Shown piece by piece: positions 20,701-45,471 of a stretch of DNA of 64,000 nucleotides. Within the stretch, counting starts at the first letter, position 1. Every line of letters begins with the position of its first letter. This stretch comes from Klebsormidium nitens. Taxonomy: Eukaryota > Plantae > Klebsormidiophyceae. The notes below the pieces were generated by a model, which searched no databases, was not told the DNA's origin, and saw only the letters and a list, made by a program, of their open reading frames with translations. The stretch is taken from the NCBI GenBank assembly GCA_000708835.1, contig DF237299.1:1-64000 (forward strand). Reading direction: 5' to 3'. The translations under genes were made by a program, and so were the position numbers.

Positions 20701-23700
20701 ACTAGAAGGCACTCCATAAAAACGCATGGGTAGACACTGTCCGCTTCAGATTTAGAAATCCTTTCTATCCCCCGCCCAGCTTCAGGGGCGTGTTAGCAGA
20801 ATGGTGGTGCAAAGCAGACTGACGCTGATCCGGTCTCAGATCGAGCCCAAAGGTACACGTGGGCAGGCAATCTGCAGCAACAATCAGATCGAGCCCAAAG
20901 ATACACGTGGGCAGGCAATCTGCAGCAACAAACCAAGGCACTGCACCGTCGGCTGCCCACCTGCGACCCGGAAAAGAGTGTCTCGGTGCTGTACTCGTAC
21001 ACCTGCGCAGATGCGTCCGAGAGCCAGCCGTCCGACTGGAAGTGGAAGTTCTGCAGATAATACTCGGGGTACCGGCTCAGGTCGCTCGCGTCCTGCGCCG
21101 TCTGCAGCACCTCCTTACGCCCTGCAGACAAGAGAAACCGTTCGCTAAGCTCAGATGCAAGCCCAAGCGGACAAGCGCAGGACCAACTCAACAAACCCGG
21201 GTTCAGATATGATGGAATATCAGTGTCCAATTCTCTTCCTCTTGAAGCACTTCCTGTGGCATGTAGATAATTCAAACGCACGCCAGGAAGAATCACTAGA
21301 CACGAGTTGGTTTCTCATCGACACTCGGTTTTTTGTTCAACTTCAGCATGAATGGCAGCATACACAGCCCTTCATACCGCTTCGCATTGTCTTTGACGTT
21401 TCTCAGACAATTCGAACCGGTTTTCGAACCGGTTTCACTGTAACCAGTATTGCAAATCTGGCGCATATCTTGAGGGGGAAAAGGAGAGGCAAATGCAACC
21501 ACGGTCAGGTCCGCCTTGGAAATTTCTAAGACGAGATAAACGATAACGACTTTAAACGTGAAAGACGAGGGGGCGTGAAGGTGTGAACACCATTGTACGC
21601 TTAAAATCTGATTCTGCTCGAGGGTATTCACATTAAGATCGAAGGTGGCGAATACTGAGTCATCATTTCACAATTTTCAATTCGAAATTTGCGCCGTGGA
21701 TGAGGAAAGCCCGGCGCCAGAGAATGCCCAATTCCTAAGGAGGGGCCCACTTACCCTGCCGGGCCTGCCGTTCTTTGAATTCGGACGTAAACTCCTTGAG
21801 TCGATCGTTGCTCTCCTTCCACATGGTGGGGCGCCACTGACGGTGGCGGGGGTCCATGTCGTGCGGACGCCGGTAGATGCCGCGCCTGCCAATGGAGAAA
21901 ATACGCGTGTCAAATTTGTGAGGTTAGCAGAATGTGCTCGTTAATTAAGACCCAGAGAAGCTGTACGTGCAATGACATTGTGGCAGAAGGTCATCACAGG
22001 GACGACGTCCGTAACGTACATGATTTCCTTCTGATCTGATCAAAATTTCCCATACTCAAGAAGCTGATTACCCTCTGAACGAAAACCGAAATCATAACGC
22101 CAGGATCAGGAAGTTCAATGATGGTCGACCCAACAAATAATGGTCCATGATCTAAAAGCAACTGCCCATCAGGCGGCAGTTGGCAGTCGTATGAAAGGAC
22201 TGCAACAAGGCAGCTACTAGCAAGTCCCTCTGAATTGCATGGAAGGCTACATCAAATCAGCTTTTGAACCGCGCCCTCACCTGACGTTTTCGGTGTCCAT
22301 TCGGTACAGCTCCATGATGCTTCCCAGCAGGCGGTGCGCACCCTTGTTGTACAAGTCCAGCATGGCTTGGACCGTGATCTGACTGTCTTTGTTGATGGGC
22401 CCAACAGTCACCCCCGCGCTAGAAGCCACAGACAAACCCTGCAAAAAGGGGCCCATAAACTTGAAACATTGTTATGGGTTGAGTTCTGACAAAGAAAAAC
22501 GGGCAAGAAGTCTTGGGCAAAAAAGGTGCGGAGCTTCAATCTGTTCATACAAAGAACGAAGACAGAGCCAGGAAAGTGAGGTAGAGCAAGGAAAGTGAAG
22601 CCAAGCTTGAATCTGACCCAATCTATATGAAGACGAAGTCAGAGCAGGGAAAGTAGAGCAACAAGGGCCAGCTGACCCAGTTTGTGGATCCATGGTGTCA
22701 GTCTAGGCCTCAGATCATCGAACTCACACGGCTTTCGTTGATGTCAATCAACGAGAAGGTAAAGCGCCCCAGCAAAGGATCAAAGAACCCTCTGCAAATC
22801 ACCGCCGCTCGAAAGGTGCACAACACGCTGACAAATACTGGGACAACACTTGGACCTTATGCAGCAACGAAGGAAGACCAATCAATAGACAGCTGATCTG
22901 TACTGCGGGTTTTTGGACTGCCCCATTTGTAATGTATCAAGGTTTTGAGTAAATGGATGACAACCATGAAAGCAACAGAGTAAGCATGCAGGCTGTTTAG
23001 ACACCATTTCTGTGTGCTGCCCAGCTTCATTCCCGTAGAAGTGGCTTCAACCCACAACAGATCAGTTGATGAACAAAGGCTTTCTGGCCAGCAAACTTTT
23101 GAGTGGGCACAACACTTGCGGCTAGAGGTATCATCAACTTGATAATGTACTGTACTGTACAAAAGCCAGGCCCTGACTTCAAGGGCCACCTGCTGATGGA
23201 GGGGGATCATTGTGATTGAGAATATAACCAGGCCGGAGATACAGTGGAAGTGACGATGCAGCAAGCTTTTCGTCGAATCAGTAGATTGGGGCATATTCTG
23301 ATCAATAAGATGTTTTCTCAATCTACCGTTTGAAGCTTGTCACCTCGTCGAGCACAATCTTCAATCATAAGAATCTAGTCCTCCTTGACCCCACTCTGAC
23401 AATTCAGAAGCAGTCACTACCATAATCTGCTTTCGCCAAGCTACGTAACCAGGATTGCAACAAATGGATCCTCCTGCAAATAGACATCCCCTCCTCTGAC
23501 AGATAGAACCATTGTGCCAGAAAAACATGGCCCATCAGGCAGATATTCAAAAGCGCCCATAGGTTAATTCAAAAATGTAGGTCAACTCTGCAAAGTAACA
23601 CCTGAAGGCAGGTATAGAATGGAGCATGCCGGACATGGCATATCAAGAAACTTTAACTCCACTTGCACACATACATCCAGAACCAAGCAATCTCAAACGA

Positions 23701-24391
23701 AACCCAGGGGTACCACCCAACCCCTCCCATATCGTGCCGTCATGCAACAACGGGCTGTGGCTGGTGCGTTGAGTTCGTAATGATCGAAGCCACAGAAAAT
23801 CACATGCAGCTTATAAAAAGCATGTCCCACTCGCGCCACGCAAAAGTGCAAGCCCACCTGCGCCACAAAGTAAAGCGTCCGGGCAGCCCCATAGAGCGCC
23901 TGCACCGCCGACTGTGGGGCAGACAACGTCTCCCACAGGGCCGCTGAGCTCAGCGCCTCAAACACCTGCGCGGCCGAGCGCGGCAACTGGACGGGGGTCC
24001 AGTTCAACCGGGAAGGAAGGCCCAGAGTCGACCCCGCTTCCACAAACTCAGCATAGCTGGGCAGGTCCCTGTTTGCAGTGCTGCGAGCACCTTGGGGAAG
24101 AGGAGACGTGACGGGCGCGGGGCGTGACTCCTCTAGTTGCTCTGGCCGGTCCCATTCGTACTGTTCTTTTGCTGGATTGATTCGTGGGGGCGGGGCCGCG
24201 ACAGTTGCACGGGCATGGATTTTGCGGGCATGTGGGTTGATGTGAAGCAAGAAACGAGGTTTGGGGGCAGTGAGACGGAGCCCAGTGAAAGCTGATGTTT
24301 GGCTGGTGGAGACTTGACGATCAGCAATGCGGAGAGACACGAGCTTGCGGCAGGCTGGGGTGCCCCAGGCAACAGCTGCTCGGGAAGCCAT
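17772..24391 (-). CDS. Plastid-targeted class I SAM-dependent methyltransferase (UbiE/Methyltransf_11-like, cyanobacterial-type)
   Basis: Transit-peptide-like first exon (MASRAAVAWG...). Exons with YPEYYLQNFHFQSDGWLS, MMDVACGTGRFLTFLKDNYP (motif I), YIQGNAEQLPVADSSLDVV, YLFHELPP..LKPGGIFVWADSMQ, FPKNYH|EPYYMSF, TK|VMCFRKM*. Confidence 0.88.
20837..20932. repeat. 48-bp tandem duplication in a methyltransferase intron
   Basis: cagatcgagcccaaag(g/a)tacacgtgggcaggcaatctgcagcaacaa(t/a) x2, starting at 20837 and 20885. Confidence 0.9.
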
Positions 24392-25707
24392 GGCGCGATT
24401 TGATTGCAAGGACCGATTGAATGCTGGCTTGCCAAAAAATCTCTTGAAACGATGCCTTTGCGCCTTGCGCTTGCGCTTCTTTGTACTACAACGCCCAATT
24501 CTTTCCTGCTACAGGGCCCAACTTAGGCGCAGAACCCCTGCCAGCTACTTTGCGCACACCCTCACAGCGATCTTTGAATCAGCCTTTGTTCTTTGCTTAC
24601 TGTCAGATCAACGCCTTAGCTTGCACACCATTGAACGACCGAGAGCCCACCGACGTACATTCGACGAAGGGCACCAGGACGCGATTGCCTCGTCCTTAGT
24701 TCAATCACCACCTAGAGAACCCCGACAGTTGGAATTCCCGGCATCACCCATGTGCCATCAATGGCAGCACAAACTGATACCTCTAGATGTGCACAATGCA
24801 TGCCCTCTCTTGGCTTACAGTGACGTGGTTCAAGCAATTCGCGTTCGACAACGGGCCATGCTGCTTCTCCTGCAGTGCTCTTCTTGATCAGCTGCATTTT
24901 AGGAATCTAGGTAGCTTAAATTAAATGATGCCCTATAATAATAATATGCCAATGCCAATGGCGCCAAACTTCCGATTCTACCGCAATGTGCATGCTAGCC
25001 AGTGCGACCAAATCCCGAGATGATCAGAAAATGGAGCGACGTGGCGCTCTTCGCGACCAGTCTTTACGCACTCTGACACGCACGGATCTTGGAACCACAC
25101 TTGCTCAGTTATGATTGGCCAGAGCTTGCGGCAACTGCCCCACGCATATCGACCGACCTCGTAACCATCACGACCACCGTCCAAAAGCATAGACCTCGTA
25201 CTCATCGACGGCCAATATCATCCCCAATCAGAGATGGTGACATGTACACACCCAGATTGGCCCGAGCTCAATGATGGACATGCAGGTTTGAGGTTTTTGT
25301 GACGTCTTATTGTTACCTACTGTTATCTAATCATTGTTCACGTTAAGTTTACATATGTGCTCCTGAGTCCTCAGCATGGAAGGACCAAGGTCCTATGGAT
25401 TCAACTTGAGCCTATGCTCAAACTGAAATATTTCTGTAGTGTACACAATCGCCTACGAAAAGGATTCCAGTCCTATGGATTGAACTTGAGTGGAACCCAC
25501 TCCATGCATGGGTGACTGTACTAGGTATGCACAACTGTCGAATGATGTACGGGGCCGGGGGATGCGTGCATCCATGGATAAAAACCCCGGGCCATGGTCG
25601 ACATTGAGAAATGTGCTGCCGTTCTCATGACCACTACCTACATTCAACTGCAAACAAGTGCATAATGTAACTCGACGCATTGTAGACATGTCTGGCTAGC
25701 CCAAGGT

Positions 25708-28700
25708 TCAAGATACTTCACTTGGTTCGATACTGGAGCCGATCCTTTCAAGCTCGTCCGCCCCGAAAATGACCAACTCGTTGCAGAACTCGCACCGCAC
25801 TTCCAGCTTCCCTGCGACGTGAAGAACCAATTCAGGCACCCGCAAAGAAAGCAGCCCCATCAGCATGCAACCACAGAACATATTAGATAGCCCCTAACTA
25901 GGCTTCAGCAAAGCTTTGTGCCCAATTGCGCAACTCGCTGGCTTCTGCTTTCACGCTATCCTCCGACCGTGATGCATTCGCAAGGACAAAACCAGAATCT
26001 TCAACAATCTGTTTTCCGGATCAGAGCCGCTTCTCTCCTGAGCTGACACAAGATATGGGCCGGTTCAGTTGGTCACTTCCTTGAGCGTAATGTGATGCAG
26101 AGCAAGAAAACATTCCAAGCACTACTCAAGCACTCAAAAGCCCGTCTCAGATATCTAGCTCGCTTGTGGATCCAACTGACCTTCTTGCATTCGGGCCTCG
26201 TCCAGTTCCTTCTTGCCCAAGCTGCTCAAAGCACGTTCCATTCGCGGTCGGATGATTTCCAAGTCGCATGGCCCAAACTTTGGATGCACCTGCAGGGAGC
26301 CGAAGTAGCGTCATCTCTCGGCGCCAATCAGGTCTGGATCAATTGGAGTTAAAAAGTAACTAACTCCAAACCGAACTTTGCCCGCTCCGTAGCCTCGAAC
26401 CAGAGCAATCGACCCCATGTTGTATCTTGCTCTTCTTCAATACTGCTAATCTTGTAACTTTGTTTGTAAGATTCGGAAACCCATCTCAATGTTTCAAAGG
26501 CAGCACGAATTTTTGGAAGCAGCACACGTTTTGGAGCAAAACAGAGTAATCGCAAGGAATCGAGCGCCTCATAATGGCCTGAAATCAAGAAGCAAGCAAA
26601 CGGATGCAACTCATGTGCAGAAAGAGAGACCAACACGTGGCGGAAGGGGATGACAGGGCAAGGACCTTCACCCAGATTAAGCTTTTGCAAGAGCGCAAGC
26701 ATAGCTTTTTCCTGCGGTCAGCTCTACCAAAGACCGCGCCTCGCCCCCCACTTCAACAGGAGGCAGTGTGCGATTCCTACTCCGAAAAGATACCTTTCCT
26801 TTTTCGTGAGAGACATCTTTCACGCACATTCCATGCCAGGTAACTGACTGAACATTAATTAAACTTTCAGCAGACCCAAGCGCTGCTACTTGATGAATCT
26901 TCTCGTTTCCTATCGCTGTTTCGGAATCACCTGTACATTTCGACAGGCCGAGAGACGACTTACAGGACACCAAACCGCACATTTGTATGCTACTCTGACG
27001 CTATTTCAGGAGATTTTCCGCGGAGATCCCCTTACCTCTTCCGTCCAGTCGCCCACGCCCACGCCGTCCAATATCGTTTCCACAATGCGCCGCGCGGACC
27101 AGCCGTCATTCACCATGGTCGACGCGGACGGCAGATTGCTCAAATTCTGTTCCAGAATTTGCAGTGTGATCTCCGAGCACGACGGAAGGACCTGGGTGGT
27201 AACAGAGCGTCTGGATGAGACACGTGTACGGTGCAGAAGGGCAGCATACGTTCTCAATGGGCTGATAGCACGACTGTCTTCCGAGTGGAGGGGCAACCAT
27301 TTATAAGACCGTCGTTGTGAACGTTGCCAGTTTGGCGGGTTGCTAAAAGGTACGCTTGTTAGGGCATACAAATCGCAGAAGACGCGGCAGAAGTGCTTAC
27401 GAATACGAAGTGCTCTCGACACTGCAGGCTTGCAAAGACTCGACCGAAGCCCGGAACAACGGAAGTTGTTCTCTGAAATTATTGCTCGGCTCTTTACGGC
27501 TTTACTCCTCACGTTTAAACGTTCCTGTTTGCCGACGGCCTTGTCAGCAATGTTTATGACCAATATAACAAGCTTATCTCCCTTGACCCCCACGCCCAAG
27601 CAGAACAGGGTGAGGACAAAAGTCGGCCTTACAGCAACTGTCGAATCAGTCTAAGCTCGGAATAGGATGTTCGTTGCGGGGCCGTTGCTTCACCTCGAGT
27701 AGCCAGCCCCCGGCCGCCATCACCTCCCCCAGGTTATTCACCAGCACGCCCAGCCCAACCGCGGAGTTGCTCTGTGAATATGGTGAGATCACAGCTAAGG
27801 ATGAGCATGGTAGAGCCTTACGAGAGCAAGAGTGCGGGAGTTCGATGCGGCTCTTGTTACCAACCAGGAGAGTCGAGCACTTTAGTTCTGAGCCAACGAT
27901 GTACGTTTATTTTCTTCTGACCAGATCCTTGCTGGTCCCCAAAATCAAAACTGTGCCTGTTCAAAGACAGGAGACCACAAACACTGTGGATGCTGATTGT
28001 TTTGGAGGAGTCCGCTCTCGGAATCGCCAGATGAAGAAAACGACCCACCTGTTCGCTCTCTGCTAAGTAGTACGTCAAGTCCTCAGCAATCTCTCCGTTG
28101 TGGATTTTTACTATGCCCCTGCAGGCGCAAAAACGGCCGTGAGGCTAACCGGCTCTTTCCGCCTTTTCCACACCTTTAGGAATATGAAAAGAAAAGAGGC
28201 TCACATAGTAAGACTTCTGAACCTAAGCGTGCCCCGAGTCAAAGCTTCTTAATTAATCGACAAGATGGGACCGTTGTAGAGAGAAGAATCCTCCTGATCC
28301 GAACCAGACTGGAACGAACTTACGTATAGGGCTGAGGCCACGTCGGGTGGTTTCGAACGACGCTCAGAATGCCCTCTCCCACCGCGCCGCCTACATCGAG
28401 CTGCAAACGCACACTTCGTGGATTAGAGTCCGTGGAAAACGCTTGCCAAGGAGCGACGGGACGGAAATTGCTGTAGGGGCGCTTTCAATCTGCAATCTAG
28501 TCACGGAGCAGCTCGGCGGAAGATTCCATGGGACCTTTGATGAAGCGTACACTCAAGTGCGGTAAAAGTGGGACCATGAAGCTGGTTCATGTATGATCAA
28601 CCGACCAAAATGCTTTTGCGCAAAGACTCTCCTTTCTAAACCCCTTGATATCAACATGAATTGATTCACCAATGACCAGAAATTCCAAATAGCTTTGGAA

Positions 28701-30330
28701 AAGCAGGTGGTGGGAGAAACGCCAGTGCGCGGCTTAGAGGGCCAACTGCCCCAACCGCCAAGCATGGTGGTGCTCGAGCTGACCTTTCCGTTTCTCCAGG
28801 GAGGACTGGCCGTGGGGTTGCCTACAAACCCGCGAACTTGCCCAGTGCCGTCCGCGACCGCTGTGATCTGACCAAGGGGGCCATTCCCTCTAAACATTAC
28901 CTGCACAGGAGAAGGACAGAACGACAATCAGAGAGGAATGAAGTCCCATGGATTCGGACACGTCTGTAGTAGCAAGAAAGGACGTACTAGAGCATCGCGT
29001 TGGAAGCGTCTGATTCAATCAGATTACCAACAAGCAAGCAGAACTACAAGGAGGCTCACGTAGGAGCTGTAGGAAGTTAAGAGTAGAGCAAGTTGGTCGT
29101 CAAGAGCCATTGTGACCTGACCCAAATCTAATCAGTCAACAAGCGTACCAAAAGGGGTATCTTTCTGAAATTTAGATTAGTTTGGCTATTGGCCTTTAAA
29201 GCCTCCGCAACAGAATGAGCGAGGCTTGTCTGCCCGCACCCTTGATGCTGGCTCGTAACCTAAACCAGATTCCAGCGTATGCACAATCTGGCAAACTTCC
29301 CCAAACTTGCAACACACTCACCTGCAGCGTCTCCCCCTTTGTACCTTTTGCGGAGCAAAGGAGCAGTGTGCCCATAAGCGTCCGCCCAAGCGCCGCAGAG
29401 GCCTGGCGAAAGAATGAACAAATTTCAACATCAAACCTCACAAGCGGGCAGGCACTTTTGAAATGGGGTCCCACTTGACACTTTCAATATCAAATACGGA
29501 AGGAACCAGGAAGGAACGAGACACAGGGGCAATTCAAGCATATGTTCCAAGCATGAATGAAGCCCTGCGCAATTACAAAATAAGAGGCCTCAGCTTACAT
29601 GGACAGTGCGAGCATATGTAAGCAGTGCGGGCTTACGGTGGGGGAGGTCTTGTGTCGATGCGCTGCTTCCTGCACCAGCCTTGTTCCAGTCATACTGATA
29701 ACCGACACCTGCAATCACAAAGGTCCCCTTGTGAGCTCGTAGGCTCCTTGCTATTGACCCTTGATAGACTAGAAGAGCCGGTATTAGCACGTGCCGGTGA
29801 CACATCCCTTCAACATACCCCAACTAAAACTCGCTTTGGTAAAGTCTTAGAAATCTCAAACAGGAACTTACCAGATAGTTTGATGCACACATACACCCCC
29901 TTACCACCCTCGAATTTTTCAAGCGCCACCTTGACAAACAACTTCTGGCTCAAGGCACTATGCTCCGGTCAACGAATCATTGCCAAGCCGCATCGGGCAG
30001 TACGTCTCTAAAAAGTACTGCCCAAGTCTAATTGAAGTATCACAGCATTCTCAGCGGCGACCACAGTGACTCGTACCTCGTTGGCTGTAGAAAGGGCCTT
30101 CACAAGCATGTCCCCCGCAGGCGCCTCCGCACCATTCCCTCCGCTGCTGCTGCACCTGATGACCTGGTGGTGGGGCGTCCGCTGAGACTGAGGGGTGGCG
30201 GCGGACGGAGCGAACCGCGTGCCTTGCAGAAACTGCGGCCGGTCGGCCCAGCTGCTTATGCCCGAAAACAGTGCGGAGTTATGTGGTCGGAGTGAGAGTT
30301 TTGATCTGGGTGTGGGGCGAGCAGGAGCCA
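25708..30330 (-). CDS. HSP33: Hsp33 redox-regulated chaperone (HslO family), plastid/algal type; start codon not resolved
   Basis: Exons: DMLVKALSTANE; ASAALGRTLMGTLLL; FRGNGPLGQITAVADGTGQVRGFVGNP; LDVGGAVGEGILSVVRNHPTWPQPY; TYYLAESEQ; SAVGLGVLV..MAAGGWLLE; PKFGPC..RPRMERALSSLG; GKLEVRCEFCNE; stop 25710-25708. Confidence 0.9.
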
Positions 30331-31765
30331 GCCAGGCTGCGAGTGGATGAGAAGAGGAACGTTACTCTGCAATTCGCCTTCTATCTCTCCAAAAGCTGCT
30401 GACTTCCGAACGTCAACTTGTGAATCTTCCAGCGAACTGGTTCAGGCTGCTGGGTTCTGAAACATGTTGACAAAATGGTCCGAGAGTTTCTGGAGCTTCT
30501 GATCAATGGCTGCAATCAATGCTGTTGCCACCACTGGCGGTGATCCTGTTAGTAGGTGGCAGGTTACAAGGGGATGCGGAAGAACCTCAACACCAAACGA
30601 TGCAAATGCTTGTACTAGACTCCAACGCAAAGGCGCCCTTCTAGCATGTGCGATGGTCGATGCAGACAAGGAGTCCGTTGCAACCAAACAACGATGATGA
30701 CCCCAGCTTCTATAGCGGCGGAAGAGGCCGCACCACTTGCAAGCAAGCGCTCGACCATATGAAAGTTAGGTAGGAGAATAATATCAAGGTGCCGCCCTTC
30801 TCACCTTGCAAACACCCTTGCTGGCACTTCCTGGAAAGCAGGCTCTCCGAGCGAAAGGCGCCCAAACGCCCCCCCAGCTGATTCAGCCGTAACTGACCTA
30901 TGGCCGCCATCCTCCTGCCGCTAATAGGAGTGTTAAAGACTACCGCTAACAAAACTGCAATGCTGGCTGCCTTCACCTTGAATGGTGGTACGCTGCAAAC
31001 AATCTTGCTGTCTGTAGTTTTACAAACCAGCTGGCTCGCATCAATATTTAGAAACGCTATCTCAACTTTGATGCAAACTGGCTGCCGGGCAAAGCAACCT
31101 TTTACACAAGAAGGATCGCAACCGATTGCAAATTCTCAATCTTGAGAGGGAAGGAAAGAAAATGAAAGCCCAGCAGTGGCAGACTTTGGCAGAGATGCCA
31201 AACTGCAGAAGCACTATCGCACTGTCGCAGTGGGAACCCTTGCGAGTCGCAAAGTGAGCTGCAGAGCAGATTCAGAAGCATCGCTTTTGCTTTGCGGCTT
31301 TTGCACTGCCCACCTGCCGGGCGGCCACGTTGCACTTTTGAGGAATCTGGGCGAGACCACGTGAAGATTGGCTGGCGTCACCTTCCAGTGGTTCGCTGGA
31401 GCGTCGAAGAAGTCATCCAGACTTCCAGTCCAAACCAACGGTTTAGCGTGCTTTATATGTGGTTCTGATGCGGTTTGACCTATCAGACTTTCGACATACG
31501 GTACCGGTATCGTCCGCTTCCGCCATGGGGTCATACGGTATGCACGCTGTTCAAAAGTGACTCCCCGGCAGCCTGGGTCTAGAAGTCTTCAGACTTGGGT
31601 GGCAGGAAGGAGCGGAGAGGTGTTCGCTCTGAATTCGTGCTGCAGGGGAGCAGGTGGAGCGCCCTCGTTGAGCGTGGTGTAGGAATGTGCACGTAGAGAG
31701 ATGCTAGTCTGTAAGTGCAGGAAAGCAGGGGCAATCTGCTTGCTGCGGTGACGGCAGGGGATTCA

Positions 31766-42975
<11,210 letters not shown>

Positions 42976-44330
42976 CCTGCGCTTGAAACGACGGTAAAAT
43001 CAAAGTCAAGATGACAGATTGGGAGGAACATGGTCAGGGAGATGCCTTCAAATTTTGAAGATCGAGACGCCACCGAGTTGGCGGCCTGGTGACTATTCCC
43101 GCAAGGACAGGCGCAGCTCGTCCAAAGAGCCAATGCCAATATGTACGTGAGCCTAGATCATTACAGAACGAAATGCTGAGGATTCCAGGTACGAATATGC
43201 AACCGGTTGCATAGGAAAGATTGATATGCTTAAGCATGCGCACTTAGTATTAATCAAATTTACCGACCATCTATATGCAATTTTCATGAGACTTGCGACT
43301 TCTGACCTGATCTGCTACGATCAATAGGGATATAGAGAGGAGCATCAATCCGTGCATGCCCTATGGAACGCACGCCCTGTGCGCATAAAGTTTGGAACAG
43401 GCGGCGTTCTTGCATGCCAGCAAGATGCGTGACTATGTTCATAATCGCGTTTGCCCCTTATACGGAATATTGATCATGGGTGCCGCTGGCACTGGCAGCA
43501 GCTATAGCTGGTGAATCCGCCAGCCTTCATATGGCAGCCTGCGCACTTAAAAGCATGTGTGCACTGAGTAGCATATGTGTATTGTGACGCAACGCGCCAC
43601 CCGGCCGGATGAGATTCCCCGCTTTTGCAGCATATGCTGCCGGAGTCGCGGCCGGCAACTGCCGGACGCGGCCGCAGGGTTTTGTCAATGATGTTAGAAA
43701 GAATGAACATATCCTGACCGTTGATAATAAGACTCAAATGCTTATCGACGGCCCCGAGATGTGGGCTGCTTCGTGTTGATCCGGTTCATCTGAAACGGTT
43801 TGCCGCACCTCAGAGAATCTCGAGTCCAATATGAGCTAGGCCTCTTAGCGATCGACTGAGAATTGCTATGAAATGGACAAGAAAGAGGAGAAATCGGACA
43901 CTTCGCGAGTTGGAGAAGCGGAGACATTCTTTTCACAGGCGCTCATCTTTAAAAACGAGACTGACTCATCAGCACCTCAACTTTTCTATGTGCATCCGGA
44001 CGGTGACAGCGACGACGCCAGCTTCATGTGTAGGTGATTGAATGTTTACAATGTGATCCGGAATATTTCTATCATAATGGTGATTCTTTATATAGATGAA
44101 GTGTATGACAAGAATCCTCGAGCAAAGGGTGTAAATTTCGTCACAGTATGCGCGCCCTGGCAGCATGCTGACAACGATTTTACCATGCTATAGAGGATCG
44201 CTACTTATATGGTTCACGGGGGTTCAACATTGCATGCGCAATCATTGAATGCCGGCTTTTGAAAATGCCCATGGCATGGGCACACACGGTCATGCAATCA
44301 GATCTCTTGAAAGGCAACGTGTATGTATGA

Positions 44331-45100
44331 CACAAGCTACCTATGGTGGGTCTCGACGGTATCGACCGCGCGACGGTCGGGTCTCAAATTTGTATGACCG
44401 GTGTCACGCGTCGCGACACATTTTGTACGCAGTACTAACGATCGTACTCGGCCGTACTAGAGAATCGGGTCCGAATTCATGAATCGAGCTTTTCCTGACA
44501 CGTCGATCAAACGGGCAATTACGTACTACCCGGAGGTACGGTACCGTCGCGCGAGACTCGAGTCTGCGCGGCCGACAAATTTAAATTTCATGGTCTTGGT
44601 CGGAACTTCCGACTTGTACCGTGCACGAGTACCGCGGTACCCAGACTGAAAGAAGAGTGCAGAGATTTGATATAGGAGTGTAAGAGAAGGCGCTCTTCAA
44701 AATCCAACAATGGCGGCCAACTTTGCGCCTCCTATGCTGCTATTTGAGATTTGTCCTGAACAAAACATGATGTTGGAGCTTCAAAGGACAGCTAATGACG
44801 GTCCCCCAACATTTTTTTTAGCTTGTCAAAGGTTTCTGCATGTTGCATAAGCCGCATCTTAGTGTGGCATTTTCATGCTCCCGTCAAAGTGTAAAATAAT
44901 ACACTTGTTTACAACTTCATGACACTCACTTACGGCCGAGCAAAAATTCCTGAGTACTCGAACCGTACATGTTTCGGAAGTCCGACTCAGCGTAACGTGA
45001 ACCGCCGGTATCACTGACAGAATTTGATACCGGGTCCCACAATTTCGTTGCGGTTCGAGTCGGAGTCGACTCGGCCGGAACCCACCGTAGGTAGCTTGTG
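44331..45100. mobile_element. Non-autonomous TIR element (MITE), CAC-terminated, CACTA/CMC-like
   Basis: Left TIR CACAAGCTACCTATGGTGGGT (44331-44351); right end reverse-complements to CACAAGCTACCTACGGTGGGT (20/21). GA on both flanks (possible 2-bp TSD). Subterminal zones are packed with short palindromes. No transposase ORF. Confidence 0.8.
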
Positions 45101-45471
45101 GAATATATACTTTGTTCAATCAAGTAGGTTCTCAGTACCGAATAAGCACTTCGCAATCGGTCGCTTTGATTCGGAAAAGTAAACCAGCGCCTGAAGTCAG
45201 CGCCGTGCAACAACCATGTACGAAAAGTTACACTGTCGCACTCATGCACGTTTGCAAGCGCATCATATCAGTAAACGATGTGCCAGGGTGGCTTAACCGG
45301 TCTAGATCAAGTCCTGATGACTACCAACACTTAATCATGTGCGGGCGTCCATTGAGCTGGCCTGTCACAAACGGCTGCAAGTATTAAGCAGATTGACATC
45401 CTATCTGCAAGCACCACAAGCAGCTTGAAGTATTCACATATGTACAGGCAGTTTGTTTGTGACTGTTTGTC

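Noticed and set aside
25391-25490. 20-bp direct repeat tcctatggatt(c/g)aacttgag, 80 bp apart
   Set aside because: Only two copies in a 3' flank, with no further structure.
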